Shown: positions 48,356 to 58,944, counted from the first letter of the stretch. The stretch is 64,000 nucleotides of DNA from an uncultured Candidatus Saccharibacteria bacterium (GCA_964514595.1 CAZEQZ010000002.1:250898-314897), one strand, 5' to 3'. Translations and numbers: made by a program. The notes: generated by a model not told the origin, from the letters alone.

Positions 48356-49116
48356 TGAAAAGTAAAAGATCACTTGGACAAAATTTTTTCATAAATAAGA
48401 ATCTTTGCGAACAAATTGTTGATATAGTAACAAAGGAACAACCTGACCTAATAGTAGAGATCGGGCCGGGGAAAGGATCCTTTACCCAATCTCTTTCAGA
48501 GAAAAACCAGAATCTTCTCCTTATAGAAAAAGACAATAATTTGGCAGAGGACTTAATTAAAAGTTTTCCCAATTCAAAAGTTAGAAATGTCGATTTTCTA
48601 GAGTATAATATGGATGATCTAGATACCTACGGAACAAAAAACATACTTTTCTTTGGATCTCTTCCCTATAACGCAAGCAAACCAATAATAAGAAAAATAA
48701 TTACATCTAAATATTTTAATAGTACTTGCTATTTCATAATTCAGAAAGAGGTAGCGGATAAATACACCGCCAAAGAACCTAACAATAACCTTCTTTCTAT
48801 CGAAACGCATCTATATTCTGACGTAAAGAAGCTCTTTGATATATCACCGGAATCCTTCAAACCAAAGCCAAAGGTAACTAGTTCATTTGTTTGCTTCTCG
48901 CCTAAGAAAAAGATTCCTGATATCGATATGGTCACCTTTAGGAAATTTCTATATATGTGCTTTAAACAGCCCAGAAAAACCATTAAAAATAATCTCAGAG
49001 ATATTGATACACAGAACAGAGGTCAAATAGCAGAATTACTCTCTATGAGGCCTCAACACCTCTCTTTGGATGAATATCTTTTTCTTTTCACTAATGTCAA
49101 AGATCTTTTGATATAA
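48355..49116 (+). CDS. rsmA: 16S rRNA (adenine1518/1519-N6)-dimethyltransferase RsmA/KsgA
   Basis: 253 aa; SLGQNFFINKNLCEQIVD and EIGPGKGSFT match KsgA motifs. Confidence 0.85.
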   Translation: MKSKRSLGQNFFINKNLCEQIVDIVTKEQPDLIVEIGPGKGSFTQSLSEKNQNLLLIEKDNNLAEDLIKSFPNSKVRNVDFLEYNMDDLDTYGTKNILFFGSLPYNASKPIIRKIITSKYFNSTCYFIIQKEVADKYTAKEPNNNLLSIETHLYSDVKKLFDISPESFKPKPKVTSSFVCFSPKKKIPDIDMVTFRKFLYMCFKQPRKTIKNNLRDIDTQNRGQIAELLSMRPQHLSLDEYLFLFTNVKDLLI

Positions 49117-49123
49117 TTAGGCA

Positions 49124-49588
49124 ATGAAAAAAGAAAAAGAAGTTCAGCAGGACGAGATAAAGCAGCTAGACTTAGGCATTAAAGAGCCTTTAAAGAACAA
49201 GTTTTTCAAAATAAAAGGGGAAATCGATTTGGCCATATTGCAATTTGAAGTTAGAAAGTTTTTAAAGGATCCCTTAGTATGGGCAAGTATTATTATATCA
49301 ATCGTATTAATAACACAGCAGATATACTTAATCAGCAATAATTACACCTCACTTCCTGTATACATCCCAGTATACAGATACTTTATCTCCATTCCTCGTA
49401 AATTAGTAGAGAGAGAATATATTATTATATTTCCAATTATTTCCATCATAGCTTCTATACTCTCCCTTATCTTCACCTCCAGATATTACAATAGCGAGAG
49501 ATTATTAACCAAATTCTTACTTTTTGGATTAATACTGTGTAATATATCACAAACCGTTATATTAATTGATTTAGTAAAATTTTTCTAA
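49124..49588 (+). CDS. hypothetical polytopic membrane protein
   Basis: 154 aa; 3-4 predicted TM helices; no known motif. Confidence 0.35.
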   Translation: MKKEKEVQQDEIKQLDLGIKEPLKNKFFKIKGEIDLAILQFEVRKFLKDPLVWASIIISIVLITQQIYLISNNYTSLPVYIPVYRYFISIPRKLVEREYIIIFPIISIIASILSLIFTSRYYNSERLLTKFLLFGLILCNISQTVILIDLVKFF

Positions 49589-49589
49589 T

Positions 49590-50798
49590 ATGGACTTTTC
49601 ATCTGCAAATTCATATCTTAATACACTTCTTAACCATATCCCAGATATTATTAGGGGGAGTGTATATGAGAAATATATACAGTATTGGCCGATATTTTTG
49701 ATTGGTTTAATAGCATCTTTCATACTCACTCCAATAATAGGACAGATAGCTTTAAAACATGATATTACGTATGTACCGAGAGAGAAAAGGAAGGGAAAGG
49801 ATCATGATAATCCAGAAAAAGCCCTACACGAAGGAATCACGCCCTCTTTGGGAGGGTTGGCAATTACTATCCCTGCTATAGTTGCCCTCCTGCTTTTCTT
49901 TAAGCTAGATAGCTTCACCATACCTATACTCTTGGCCTTGCTGATATTAACTGTAGGAGCGACACTGGACGACGTACTTAATCTCCCTGCAAAAGGACAA
50001 CTCCTTTATCAAGCTCTGGCCGCCGGAATAATAGCTTTTTCGATACTAAATATATCTTCTATTCCATTTTTAGATATAGATCTGCATGTACTAAATTTTG
50101 ATTTTTCAGTACTAGGAATTCAACAATCCCTATCATTACCAGGAGACCTTTTTCTCTTCCTTTGGATAATTGTATGTATAAATGCAGTAAAGTGGACCGC
50201 TGGATCCCCGGGAATAATAGAGGCTAATTCGCTTGTGATATTCTCCTTAATATTTGTAATTGCCATTAGGGACCATTCTCTCTTTTCCTCTACCATAAGT
50301 ATACTTATATCTGGAGGGCTTCTAATGTTTTTAATATTTGCATTCCCACCTCAAAAGATTATGACCGGTTCCGCTGGAAAATCCGTTTACGGTTTCTTAA
50401 TTTGTGTATTGGCAATAATCTCCGATGCTAAAATATCAACTACTGTGATGTTGCTTATGCTCCCCTTGGTTGATTTTGCATATGTAATAATTAAAAGATA
50501 TTTGGCCTATAAACCTAAAAGCCTTGTGGACCTAATGAAAATTAATGGTCCCGATCATCTTCATCATCAATTAATGAAACTAGATCTTTCAAGAACACAG
50601 CTTGTACTTATAGAAATGTCTGCTACCCTCTTTCTTGGGTCTTTCGCAATACTAACAACGGGAGCAATCAGATACTTTACATTAACAATATGTCTGGCTC
50701 TCGGAATAGCCTTTATTGTATATATAAACATAAAAGCCTCAAAGAAAAAGCAAGTGGAATTGAAAGAAAAAAGCCCCGAATCTAAGTATTCATATTAA
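49590..50798 (+). CDS. MraY/WecA-like polyprenyl-phosphate N-acetylhexosamine-1-phosphate transferase family protein with degenerate DGxDG motif
   Basis: 402 aa; ~10 TM; TLDDVLNLPAKGQ (DDxxD-K motif); HLHHQLMK (HHH motif); expected NAxNxxDGxDGL is NAVKWTAGSPGI. Confidence 0.55.
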   Translation: MDFSSANSYLNTLLNHIPDIIRGSVYEKYIQYWPIFLIGLIASFILTPIIGQIALKHDITYVPREKRKGKDHDNPEKALHEGITPSLGGLAITIPAIVALLLFFKLDSFTIPILLALLILTVGATLDDVLNLPAKGQLLYQALAAGIIAFSILNISSIPFLDIDLHVLNFDFSVLGIQQSLSLPGDLFLFLWIIVCINAVKWTAGSPGIIEANSLVIFSLIFVIAIRDHSLFSSTISILISGGLLMFLIFAFPPQKIMTGSAGKSVYGFLICVLAIISDAKISTTVMLLMLPLVDFAYVIIKRYLAYKPKSLVDLMKINGPDHLHHQLMKLDLSRTQLVLIEMSATLFLGSFAILTTGAIRYFTLTICLALGIAFIVYINIKASKKKQVELKEKSPESKYSY

Positions 50799-50864
50799 TA
50801 TCATCGTTAGCCATTTAAACTATGGGGTGTGGTAAGATGTATTAATACTCAATATAATTAAAGA

Positions 50865-51524
50865 ATGACAAAGAAATCTATCACTATAACAGTAATCATA
50901 TTAATACTCCTATTTTCAATATTACTCTACTTTATACCAATAAATAGTATTTTAGGAAAACTACCTTTTCTAGACCGATTCTATAACAATACCACCTTAG
51001 AAATAGTCACTAAGAAAGGAAAGGCACGCATATGGATAAATGGGAAAGACTACGGAGAAACACCTAATACAATAGAAAATTTAGCCGAGGGGACATATCT
51101 CGTTGAGTTGGAGAAAATAGGTGATGAAAAATTCTTTTACGAAAAGCAATCTATACAAGTTGAATTAACTCGAAATACATCTGCAAGAATAGATATAGAA
51201 ATTGGTCCGGATAACATATTGCATGGCTCAATAATATATTATACTCCCATACGAACATCAACAGATGAGGGTTTCTTGACAGTTATAAGTAATGTGGATG
51301 GAGCGAAAATATTCTTAGATAAAGAATTTCTAAAAAGTACACCTGTGAGTAACCTAAACCTAAGAGAAAACCAATACCAAGTTAAAGTAACAGCTCAAGG
51401 ATACGAGGAAATAGAGGTTCCCGTACTCGTTAGAAACAACTACTCACTTAATTTAAAGACGTATCATTTCCCAATACCAACCCAATTTGATTTAGTTGAG
51501 ACAACAGAAACCATTAATGAGTAA
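50865..51524 (+). CDS. membrane-anchored protein with two PEGA domains
   Basis: 219 aa; N-terminal TM; KARIWINGKDYGETPNTIENLAEGTYLVELEKIG and GAKIFLDKEFLKSTPVSNL…YQVKVTAQGYEE match PEGA pattern. Confidence 0.5.
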   Translation: MTKKSITITVIILILLFSILLYFIPINSILGKLPFLDRFYNNTTLEIVTKKGKARIWINGKDYGETPNTIENLAEGTYLVELEKIGDEKFFYEKQSIQVELTRNTSARIDIEIGPDNILHGSIIYYTPIRTSTDEGFLTVISNVDGAKIFLDKEFLKSTPVSNLNLRENQYQVKVTAQGYEEIEVPVLVRNNYSLNLKTYHFPIPTQFDLVETTETINE

Positions 51525-54516
51525 CCTGAGATTAAACAAAATAAAAGCACAGACTCCGATATCCATAATTATTCATGGGGGAAATCGAGTTGGATATTTA
51601 ACAGCAAAAACCTTAATCGATCAAGGCTGTTATGTGGTAATTATCGACAAATTTAACAGTAGTACCAAAAAATATCTTACAGAGTTAAAAAAATCAGAGC
51701 TTTTCGATTTCTTCGACTTTAAAGGGTTTAACTCACTCTTCAAAAATATTAAAAGGTTTGACTATCTTTTCTATTTCCTAAATCAAAAACTATCACAGAA
51801 GGAATTTGATAGTAAGGAATTTTTAAATGAAACAAAAATCTTAGAAGAAACCCTTGTTAATACTAAAAAACATCATGCAAAGTTCTCCTTAGTTACCTCC
51901 TTACCACTTAATAGGGAGCTAGCCAACAGAGTGAATAACATAAAACTTTCAGCCCCATCCCCATACTCCAATATTGAACTGCAGAAATATTGTGAGACAC
52001 TTGCTGCGGAATTTAAAGATAAATCCAATATAAATTTAAGAATATTACGAGTAGGAACAATCATAGGTTCTGGAACTGAAAAAGTTGATAATGAAATATT
52101 GGACAGCCTATTAAAAGATGCCATACAAAAGAGTCAAATTACTATTAAAGGGGAAGGGTTGGATATCCACTCCCTAATACACGAGGCAGATGTAACATAC
52201 GGAGTTTTGAAATTGACATTTACTGATAACAGTAAGGGGGAAGTTATTTCCTTAGCCAACAAAAACAACTACACCACGCTATCCCTTGCATATAAGTTAT
52301 TAGAACTTAATACGGAGGCTCAAACCATTAGATTCGTAGAAAATCCTGACAGCGAATTTATAATACAAGACTTATACGTTCCAGCACCGTACGCTACAAA
52401 ATATGGTTGGATTCAACAAGTTTCCCTAGAAGAGGGATTGATTGAACAGATTCATACTTACTACGATTCTATAAATAAATCGTGGGATATTGGCGATATA
52501 CCAAAGAGAAAGAATCCAACAAAGAGTACAGTTAAAATATCAAAAACAAAATTAGGAGAATTCCTCTCAAATATGTTTGATCCAGTAAAAAATGTTTTTA
52601 AACCACAGAAGAAAAGAAATATTAATGTTAAAAAACTCTCGACCATACTACTATCTTCTCTAGGTGTCTTAACTTTTACATATTTTGTACTATATCCGAT
52701 CATAGGAACAGTACTTGGTCTATTTTTGATAAATAGTGCAACGAAGGAATTAACTACTTCTGTACTAGATTTAGATGAGGAAAAAAGTCAAAGAAATATT
52801 GAGCAGTTAGACAAAAATATAGAAAGAATCTCACATAGCGTGAGTAACATATACTGGCTTTTCTATATAACTAACAACAGAGAACTATATGACAGCACCA
52901 CCCAACTAATACTGGGTTCACAATACACCGTACAGGGAGCCTCAGAGCTAATCAGTGCTGTATATCCACTTTCTAGATATATACAGGAATTTGAACCAGC
53001 TTTAGATTTCCAAACTTCAACACCCACGACAACAAGGGAATATAGAGAGTACCTATCCGAAATACAAAGAAACAGCTACAAATTAGATGAAGCTTCATAT
53101 AAGATATCTTTGGCATCGGAAATTATAAAAAATCTTAACACATCTGTATTTCCTTCCGCCCTACAAGACAAGGTTTTAGACATAAAAGATATAATATCTC
53201 AATTAGAAAACGGAACTACAACATTTAAAGAAACTACCTCTTTTCTTCCCGACCTTTTAGGTGTCAATCAAAGGAAAAGATACCTCATACTCCTTCAAAA
53301 CGAATCCGAAATTAGAAGCACTGGAGGATGGTTAACAAGTTACGGTGTCATAGGAATAGAGGGAGGACAAATAAGGGAACTATTTGTCGATGATATATAC
53401 AATGCAGACGGAACCTTAAGGATACAAAATAAAAGCTACATTCCACCAAGATCCATGGTTACTGCACTGGAGATAACTAATTGGTCATTTTCATTAGTTA
53501 ATTGGCACCCTGACCTGCTTGATACGCTCTCAGAGTCGGAGCAATTCATAAAGGATTTAGGCAAGGGAAATAGTATAGATGGAATAATTACGATGGATAT
53601 ATCTTTCATACAGAAGCTTTTAGAAAAATGGGAGGGAATAGAAGTTCCTGGCGAGACTCAGATCATAACCAGCGAGAACATATACAACAAAATATTTGAA
53701 ATGCACGAAGACTTCACCCCCGGATCAACTCAGAAGATGACTTTTTTGGCTAATTTGGCAAACGAAATAGTCAAAAAGATCCTTTCAATGAACGTCGGAG
53801 AACTAATGGAGATAGGAGATATCTTTGAAGATAGCCTTAATGAGAAGCATCTACAAGCGACATTTAAGAACAGAGATGCATACAACTTCTTTAGCTCTCG
53901 AAATTGGGCTAACTCTATGAGCTCCAAATACAATAATGCTCCAATAGCAATTGATTGGAACTGGGGAGGGAATAAGGCTAATTTGTATTTAGATAAAAAT
54001 TATAATCTAACTACAAACATTAAGGATGTAGACACCATTGATTTTGCATATTCCATAACAGTGGAGAATTCCTCTTCCACCGAGGAATACCCAGAAGGAA
54101 ACTACATCAATTACCAGAGAATATATATCCCAGCAGAAGCTACAGTTCTTCGAATAACTGGATTCGAGGGGAATGAATACAGTATCTACAAAGAGAGTGG
54201 TTTTAAAGTAATTGGAGGATGGTTTAATACTCCTATAAAGTCCACAAATACACTAGAAATATCATATAGAGTTGACCGAAACACAGACAGTTCGAACTTC
54301 CCACTAAATATACAAGAACAAAATGTATTTCTTAACTTAACACTTTTTAAGCAACCTGGGGAGAAAAGACATGCATATAAACTAGACCTAATATACCCAT
54401 CTACTTGGAATCTTGAAAACTCCGGAAATTTAAACAGCATAAGCAACCAATTATCCGGAAGATTTGAATTAAGCCAAGATCTCGAATTCCCAATAATATG
54501 GAGAGTTCCGGATTAA
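51496..54516 (+). CDS. large envelope protein: N-terminal NAD(P)-binding Rossmann (epimerase-like) domain, single TM, ~600-aa extracytoplasmic domain of unknown function (start may be 51517)
   Basis: 1006 aa; IIIHGGNRVGYL (GxxGxxG) and VVIIDKF; TM at ~aa 385-415 in count from 51496; C-terminal domain lacks a known catalytic motif. Confidence 0.5.
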   Translation: MRQQKPLMSNLRLNKIKAQTPISIIIHGGNRVGYLTAKTLIDQGCYVVIIDKFNSSTKKYLTELKKSELFDFFDFKGFNSLFKNIKRFDYLFYFLNQKLSQKEFDSKEFLNETKILEETLVNTKKHHAKFSLVTSLPLNRELANRVNNIKLSAPSPYSNIELQKYCETLAAEFKDKSNINLRILRVGTIIGSGTEKVDNEILDSLLKDAIQKSQITIKGEGLDIHSLIHEADVTYGVLKLTFTDNSKGEVISLANKNNYTTLSLAYKLLELNTEAQTIRFVENPDSEFIIQDLYVPAPYATKYGWIQQVSLEEGLIEQIHTYYDSINKSWDIGDIPKRKNPTKSTVKISKTKLGEFLSNMFDPVKNVFKPQKKRNINVKKLSTILLSSLGVLTFTYFVLYPIIGTVLGLFLINSATKELTTSVLDLDEEKSQRNIEQLDKNIERISHSVSNIYWLFYITNNRELYDSTTQLILGSQYTVQGASELISAVYPLSRYIQEFEPALDFQTSTPTTTREYREYLSEIQRNSYKLDEASYKISLASEIIKNLNTSVFPSALQDKVLDIKDIISQLENGTTTFKETTSFLPDLLGVNQRKRYLILLQNESEIRSTGGWLTSYGVIGIEGGQIRELFVDDIYNADGTLRIQNKSYIPPRSMVTALEITNWSFSLVNWHPDLLDTLSESEQFIKDLGKGNSIDGIITMDISFIQKLLEKWEGIEVPGETQIITSENIYNKIFEMHEDFTPGSTQKMTFLANLANEIVKKILSMNVGELMEIGDIFEDSLNEKHLQATFKNRDAYNFFSSRNWANSMSSKYNNAPIAIDWNWGGNKANLYLDKNYNLTTNIKDVDTIDFAYSITVENSSSTEEYPEGNYINYQRIYIPAEATVLRITGFEGNEYSIYKESGFKVIGGWFNTPIKSTNTLEISYRVDRNTDSSNFPLNIQEQNVFLNLTLFKQPGEKRHAYKLDLIYPSTWNLENSGNLNSISNQLSGRFELSQDLEFPIIWRVPD

Positions 54517-54851
54517 ACCGAAACTTTGTCATTACGTTTTAAATACGTGTACACCTCCAATATATCCTCCAAGGAGACCTGTCCCTTGCTAGAGAATTTT
54601 TGAATCTCTCTCACACCCAAATCCGTATTAACCGGAACCCTGTTACTAATCCCTAGAGGAGAAACGAATGTCGCTATGTTGTTCGATTTACAACTATGAC
54701 ATGAAAAGTGTATAATTACCGATACTCCAGTATTCTGGATTATATTAACATCTTCAATCAGATAGGCAGTGCCACACTTGTCGCAAAACTTTGCAACAGA
54801 GTCCAAAAAAAACTGTTTTTTATCTAATATGTTATTATCTTTACTGTCCAT
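54513..54851 (-). CDS. small zinc-ribbon protein, divergent from rpoD (hypothetical)
   Basis: 112 aa from Met at 54851; CDKCGTAY…CHSCKSNN (CxxC…CxxC). Confidence 0.35.
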   Translation of the reverse strand: MDSKDNNILDKKQFFLDSVAKFCDKCGTAYLIEDVNIIQNTGVSVIIHFSCHSCKSNNIATFVSPLGISNRVPVNTDLGVREIQKFSSKGQVSLEDILEVYTYLKRNDKVSV

Positions 54852-54876
54852 ATATAAATTATAGCATACGCTGTAA

Positions 54877-55956
54877 ATGGTAGATAAAAGCAAATCAATA
54901 AAATATCTAGTTAAAAAAGGAAAAGAGCAAGGATTTCTCACTCAGGAGGATCTCTTGGATGTCTTCCCCACAATAGAGGAGGATATTGAACTCTTGGACG
55001 AAATATTTGAAAAGCTTCAAGAGAATGAGATAGAGGTACTCGAACCTGAGGAAAATGTCGATGTTGCTGAGAAAGAAGAATTAACACTTGAGAATAAAAT
55101 AAGGATACTTAAAACTATCCAAACCAATATATCTACTGATGCAATTAGATCATACCTATATGAGATTGGTAGAATTCCACTTCTCACAGGAGAGGAAGAG
55201 GTTATCCTAGCAAAGAGGATAGAAAAGGGAGACGAAGAGGCTGGACAGCTATTAATAACTGCAAATCTGAGATTAGTTGTGAGTATTGCAAAAAAATATA
55301 GTAAAAGTAATCTTGAACTTCTAGATTTAATCCAGGAAGGAAATATTGGATTGATGAGAGCTGTTGAGAAATTTGATTATAAAAAAGGTTTTAAATTCTC
55401 CACTTACGCTACTTGGTGGATCAGGCAGGCCATTACTAGAGCCATAGCTGACCAAGCAAGAACCATTAGGGTGCCCGTACATATGATAGAGACCATAAAC
55501 AAATTTAATAAAGTAAGCAATACATTAGCTACTAAACTAGGAAGACCCGCAACTGATGAAGAGATAGCAAAAGAAATGGATATCGAAATAGAAAAGATTG
55601 CAGAGATAAAAAAGATTAAACAGAATCCAACATCTTTGGCTACACCTATTGGGGAAGAGAAGGACAGCAAATTACAGGACATTATCCCGGACGATTGGTC
55701 CCAGTCTCCTGAAGATTATGCAACTGGAGAATACCTCAAGAATCAACTACACGAGATACTAGATAGCCTTCAGGATAGGGAGAGACGTGTTCTATCTCTA
55801 AGATTTGGACTAGAAGATGGGGTATCTAGAACATTAGAAGAAGTAGGGAAAGAATTTGGAGTAACAAGAGAAAGAATTAGACAGATAGAGGCAAAAGCAT
55901 TAAAGAAGCTCAAGGAAAAATCTGCACAACAGAAACTAGATGACTATATAGATTAA
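54877..55956 (+). CDS. rpoD: RNA polymerase primary sigma factor (sigma-70)
   Basis: 359 aa; region 2.4 [15 protein letters not shown]; regions 3 and 4 present. Confidence 0.9.
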   Translation: MVDKSKSIKYLVKKGKEQGFLTQEDLLDVFPTIEEDIELLDEIFEKLQENEIEVLEPEENVDVAEKEELTLENKIRILKTIQTNISTDAIRSYLYEIGRIPLLTGEEEVILAKRIEKGDEEAGQLLITANLRLVVSIAKKYSKSNLELLDLIQEGNIGLMRAVEKFDYKKGFKFSTYATWWIRQAITRAIADQARTIRVPVHMIETINKFNKVSNTLATKLGRPATDEEIAKEMDIEIEKIAEIKKIKQNPTSLATPIGEEKDSKLQDIIPDDWSQSPEDYATGEYLKNQLHEILDSLQDRERRVLSLRFGLEDGVSRTLEEVGKEFGVTRERIRQIEAKALKKLKEKSAQQKLDDYID

Positions 55957-56195
55957 TCCCTACCTATTAAAGAAAGAAATTCTTCCGGCGATACAGGGAA
56001 ACTCTCCTCCGTTCTCTCTGTTATAGTTTCTAATTCATCCAAGTCAAAAGTCATCCTTAACTGGTTGGTATATGAGCTAGCATTTGGATTTATTTCGACA
56101 TTTGCATTCTGAAAATAAATAGATGAACCAACCCAAACCAATACTACTACTAGCAAAAGTATCAATGCAAACATAGCTTTCTTAATAATATCCAT
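55953..56195 (-). CDS. small membrane protein (hypothetical; last gene of the pilN/pilO-like operon)
   Basis: 80 aa; one TM ([22 protein letters not shown]). Confidence 0.3.
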   Translation of the reverse strand: MDIIKKAMFALILLLVVVLVWVGSSIYFQNANVEINPNASSYTNQLRMTFDLDELETITERTEESFPVSPEEFLSLIGRD

Positions 56196-56199
56196 TTAA

Positions 56200-56814
56200 C
56201 TATTTATAAAATTTATCATTCTCAATATTATATATCCTAAGATTTAAGCTAAAAGAGCTCAAACCATCTCTATCCCTTTGTGTAGAAAAAGACACTGACT
56301 CTACAACTGGATACATGGGAAGTGCCTCCAAATCCTTTAACAAATTAATCAAGTTAGAATCCCTTCCCTTGATACTCAATCTAACTGCTGTGGGGACCAA
56401 AACTTTCGTAGAAGCACTAAAACTATCACCTTTATACCTATCAAAGTTAATAGATACTAGTGCAAATCCATTCCTTGCCACTATAGCATCTATGTTGGAC
56501 ATGAAGAGACTAAAATTACCATCTGCTGGAAATATCAACTCCAAATTATTTAATTCCTTTTTTGAGGTAGTATATTGCTTATCCAATTCGGTAAGTGTAT
56601 CTATCTTAGTCCCCAAAAGTGAATTAACTGTCGTTTTTTCCTTAATCTCTTTATTAATCCTTGTTATGGTCAAAATTGTAGGCCTAATTGCAAACACTAC
56701 TAGCACTATCATTACCAAGATGGAGAAGGCAAAAAATATGTAAGATCTTTTCTTCTCCGGAGACTCTTTAATTATTTTTATATATTCCGTTGTATTAATA
56801 TCCTTCTCCTTCAT
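56200..56814 (-). CDS. PilO-like type IV pilus assembly protein
   Basis: 204 aa; short cytoplasmic N-terminus, TM, coiled coil, C-terminal alpha/beta domain; start overlaps pilN-like stop. Confidence 0.4.
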   Translation of the reverse strand: MKEKDINTTEYIKIIKESPEKKRSYIFFAFSILVMIVLVVFAIRPTILTITRINKEIKEKTTVNSLLGTKIDTLTELDKQYTTSKKELNNLELIFPADGNFSLFMSNIDAIVARNGFALVSINFDRYKGDSFSASTKVLVPTAVRLSIKGRDSNLINLLKDLEALPMYPVVESVSFSTQRDRDGLSSFSLNLRIYNIENDKFYK

Positions 56815-57374
56815 TATTTATCCTCCGTAGGAAACAGATTAAAGGTTATCCTAACACTAATATCCGTTTTATCCTTACTAATAGAGAATTTAACATCATA
56901 ATAGTCAGGATTATTCTTAAGTGCCGCTTCATAATTTTTAACAGCATCCAGATTTGATGTTGTTAAATGAAAGGAAACCCTCCCCTCGTTGAATGAAAAA
57001 TTCTCCAAATCTAAAGAAGATGGAACACCGCTTGTCAATTCACTAACTGAAGTTGAATTAATTTGCTGCCCCTCCCTTACTTTCTTTACATCTAAAAGTA
57101 ATGTTTGATAGTTATCAAAAAGTATTGCATTTTTTCTCCAATTTTCATTAGAAAGTAAAACCACCTTATTATTTATTTCCTCTGTTAAATCATTATTTTT
57201 TCTATCCAACACAAATCTTGAAAAAAACACTATCAAAACAACAACTTGTACAAAAATCAACATATATTTACCAACATTAACAAGCCATACATATGCATTG
57301 GCCCATAAATCATTAGGCGAATAGAGAGCATCTAAGAAATTGATTGATTTTGGTTGTTTCTCTGATTGAAACAT
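56814..57374 (-). CDS. PilN-like type IV pilus assembly protein
   Basis: 186 aa; N-terminal SINFLD (cf. PilN INLLP), TM, coiled coil. Confidence 0.45.
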   Translation of the reverse strand: MFQSEKQPKSINFLDALYSPNDLWANAYVWLVNVGKYMLIFVQVVVLIVFFSRFVLDRKNNDLTEEINNKVVLLSNENWRKNAILFDNYQTLLLDVKKVREGQQINSTSVSELTSGVPSSLDLENFSFNEGRVSFHLTTSNLDAVKNYEAALKNNPDYYDVKFSISKDKTDISVRITFNLFPTEDK

Positions 57375-57423
57375 TAGGCAGTTTTAATTCATTATCAAAT
57401 TTAGTATAGCATATTTAAGTATA

Positions 57424-58869
57424 TTAGATTTTTTCGAAAAGTATAATGGTTTTCCTTTCCTCTAAAGCTCTCTTTGCCTTCCCACAACTTTCGGGAATGA
57501 TAGGAGTATAGTAGTGTATTACTTTACTAAGAAGATAGCTTAGGTTGTTTAGTATTTTCTCTGTTTCCTCCTTTTCTTTATCCTTATTCCACGGCTCTTT
57601 TTCAGTAATATACTTATTTCCCCAATCAGCCAGCTCATCCACCTTACTACTTGCCAAAGCTATTTCATACTCACCGTAGAAATTCTCTATCTCCTCACAG
57701 TATAAATCTACTTCTTTCTTAAAAACATCCTCTACCTTACTCTCATCATTAATCTCCACTTCCTTGTTATTTGCCAAATGTATTACTCTGTTGAGTAGAT
57801 TGCCGTAATTATTGGCCAACCTAGAGTTATACATATTAATCAAATCGTCCTCTTTGTATGCAGAATCTGAGAAGGTGGCTATACCACTCAAGAGATAGAA
57901 CCTTACTATCTCTGCCCCATACTTTTCCTCCTGCTCAAATGGAGATATCACATTTCCCAATGTTTTTGCCATTTTTCTTCCATCAGGGCCCAATACCATA
58001 CCATGCTCTAAGAGTTTTGAACTCTGTTGCAAACCAACAGATGCCAACATCCCTTGCCATATGCTACCTTGAAATCTAAGATTATCCGGTCCAAATAGCT
58101 GTATTCCGGGCCACCATTCATGTAGCCTCTTCTCATCACTACCAAAACCCAATACATTAACATAGTTGGTTAGAGCATCAAACCAAACGTAGAGTACCTG
58201 TTCTGGATCTCCAGGGACCTCTATCCCCCAAGGGAGATTCTCTTTTAACCTTGATATGCTAATATCTTCTGTTTCTGAAATTATTTTCTTCAATTCCTCT
58301 AACTTAGTACTAGGTTTTAGTACATCTGGATTCTCATTTAACCATTTAAGTAAATGTTCTTTATAGTTAGACAATCTAAAGAAATAGTTCTCCTCCTCCT
58401 TTAACTCAGGCTCTTTATCGTGATCAGGACACTTCCCATCCACTAACTCCTTCTCCGTTATGAATCTCTCACACCCTACGCAGTACTTTCCACTATACTT
58501 CTTCTTATATATATCTCCTTTTTCATCACATCTTTTCCAAAATTCCTGTGCTGCTTTATGATGACTCTTGTCGGAAGTTCTATAAAAATGATCGTATTCT
58601 ACAAAAAATAGCTTACAAAAGTCTTTAAACCTTTGAGAATACTTATCTACGAAATCCTGTACCTCCAACCCCTCCTTTTGGGCCTGTTCTAACATTTTTT
58701 GACCATGCTCATCTGTCCCCACATTAAAGAAGACATTTTCCTTCCCTAACTTCTGTTTAAAATATCTAGATATTGCATCCGCTTGTACAAATTCTAATGC
58801 GTGACCAATATGGGGTTCTGCATTAACATAGGGGAGGGTAGTTGTTATGTATAATCTTTCTTTGTTCAT
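57424..58869 (-). CDS. metG: methionine--tRNA ligase (short form)
   Basis: 481 aa; HIGH-type PYVNAEPHIGHA, KMSKS-type KMAKTLGN; CxxC knuckle. Confidence 0.9.
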   Translation of the reverse strand: MNKERLYITTTLPYVNAEPHIGHALEFVQADAISRYFKQKLGKENVFFNVGTDEHGQKMLEQAQKEGLEVQDFVDKYSQRFKDFCKLFFVEYDHFYRTSDKSHHKAAQEFWKRCDEKGDIYKKKYSGKYCVGCERFITEKELVDGKCPDHDKEPELKEEENYFFRLSNYKEHLLKWLNENPDVLKPSTKLEELKKIISETEDISISRLKENLPWGIEVPGDPEQVLYVWFDALTNYVNVLGFGSDEKRLHEWWPGIQLFGPDNLRFQGSIWQGMLASVGLQQSSKLLEHGMVLGPDGRKMAKTLGNVISPFEQEEKYGAEIVRFYLLSGIATFSDSAYKEDDLINMYNSRLANNYGNLLNRVIHLANNKEVEINDESKVEDVFKKEVDLYCEEIENFYGEYEIALASSKVDELADWGNKYITEKEPWNKDKEKEETEKILNNLSYLLSKVIHYYTPIIPESCGKAKRALEERKTIILFEKI

Positions 58870-58944
58870 TAATATTTATTCCTAATTTAGATTAAAAATA
58901 TAATCTATCATTGATTATATAATTATTTTGCTATGGTGAGAAAT

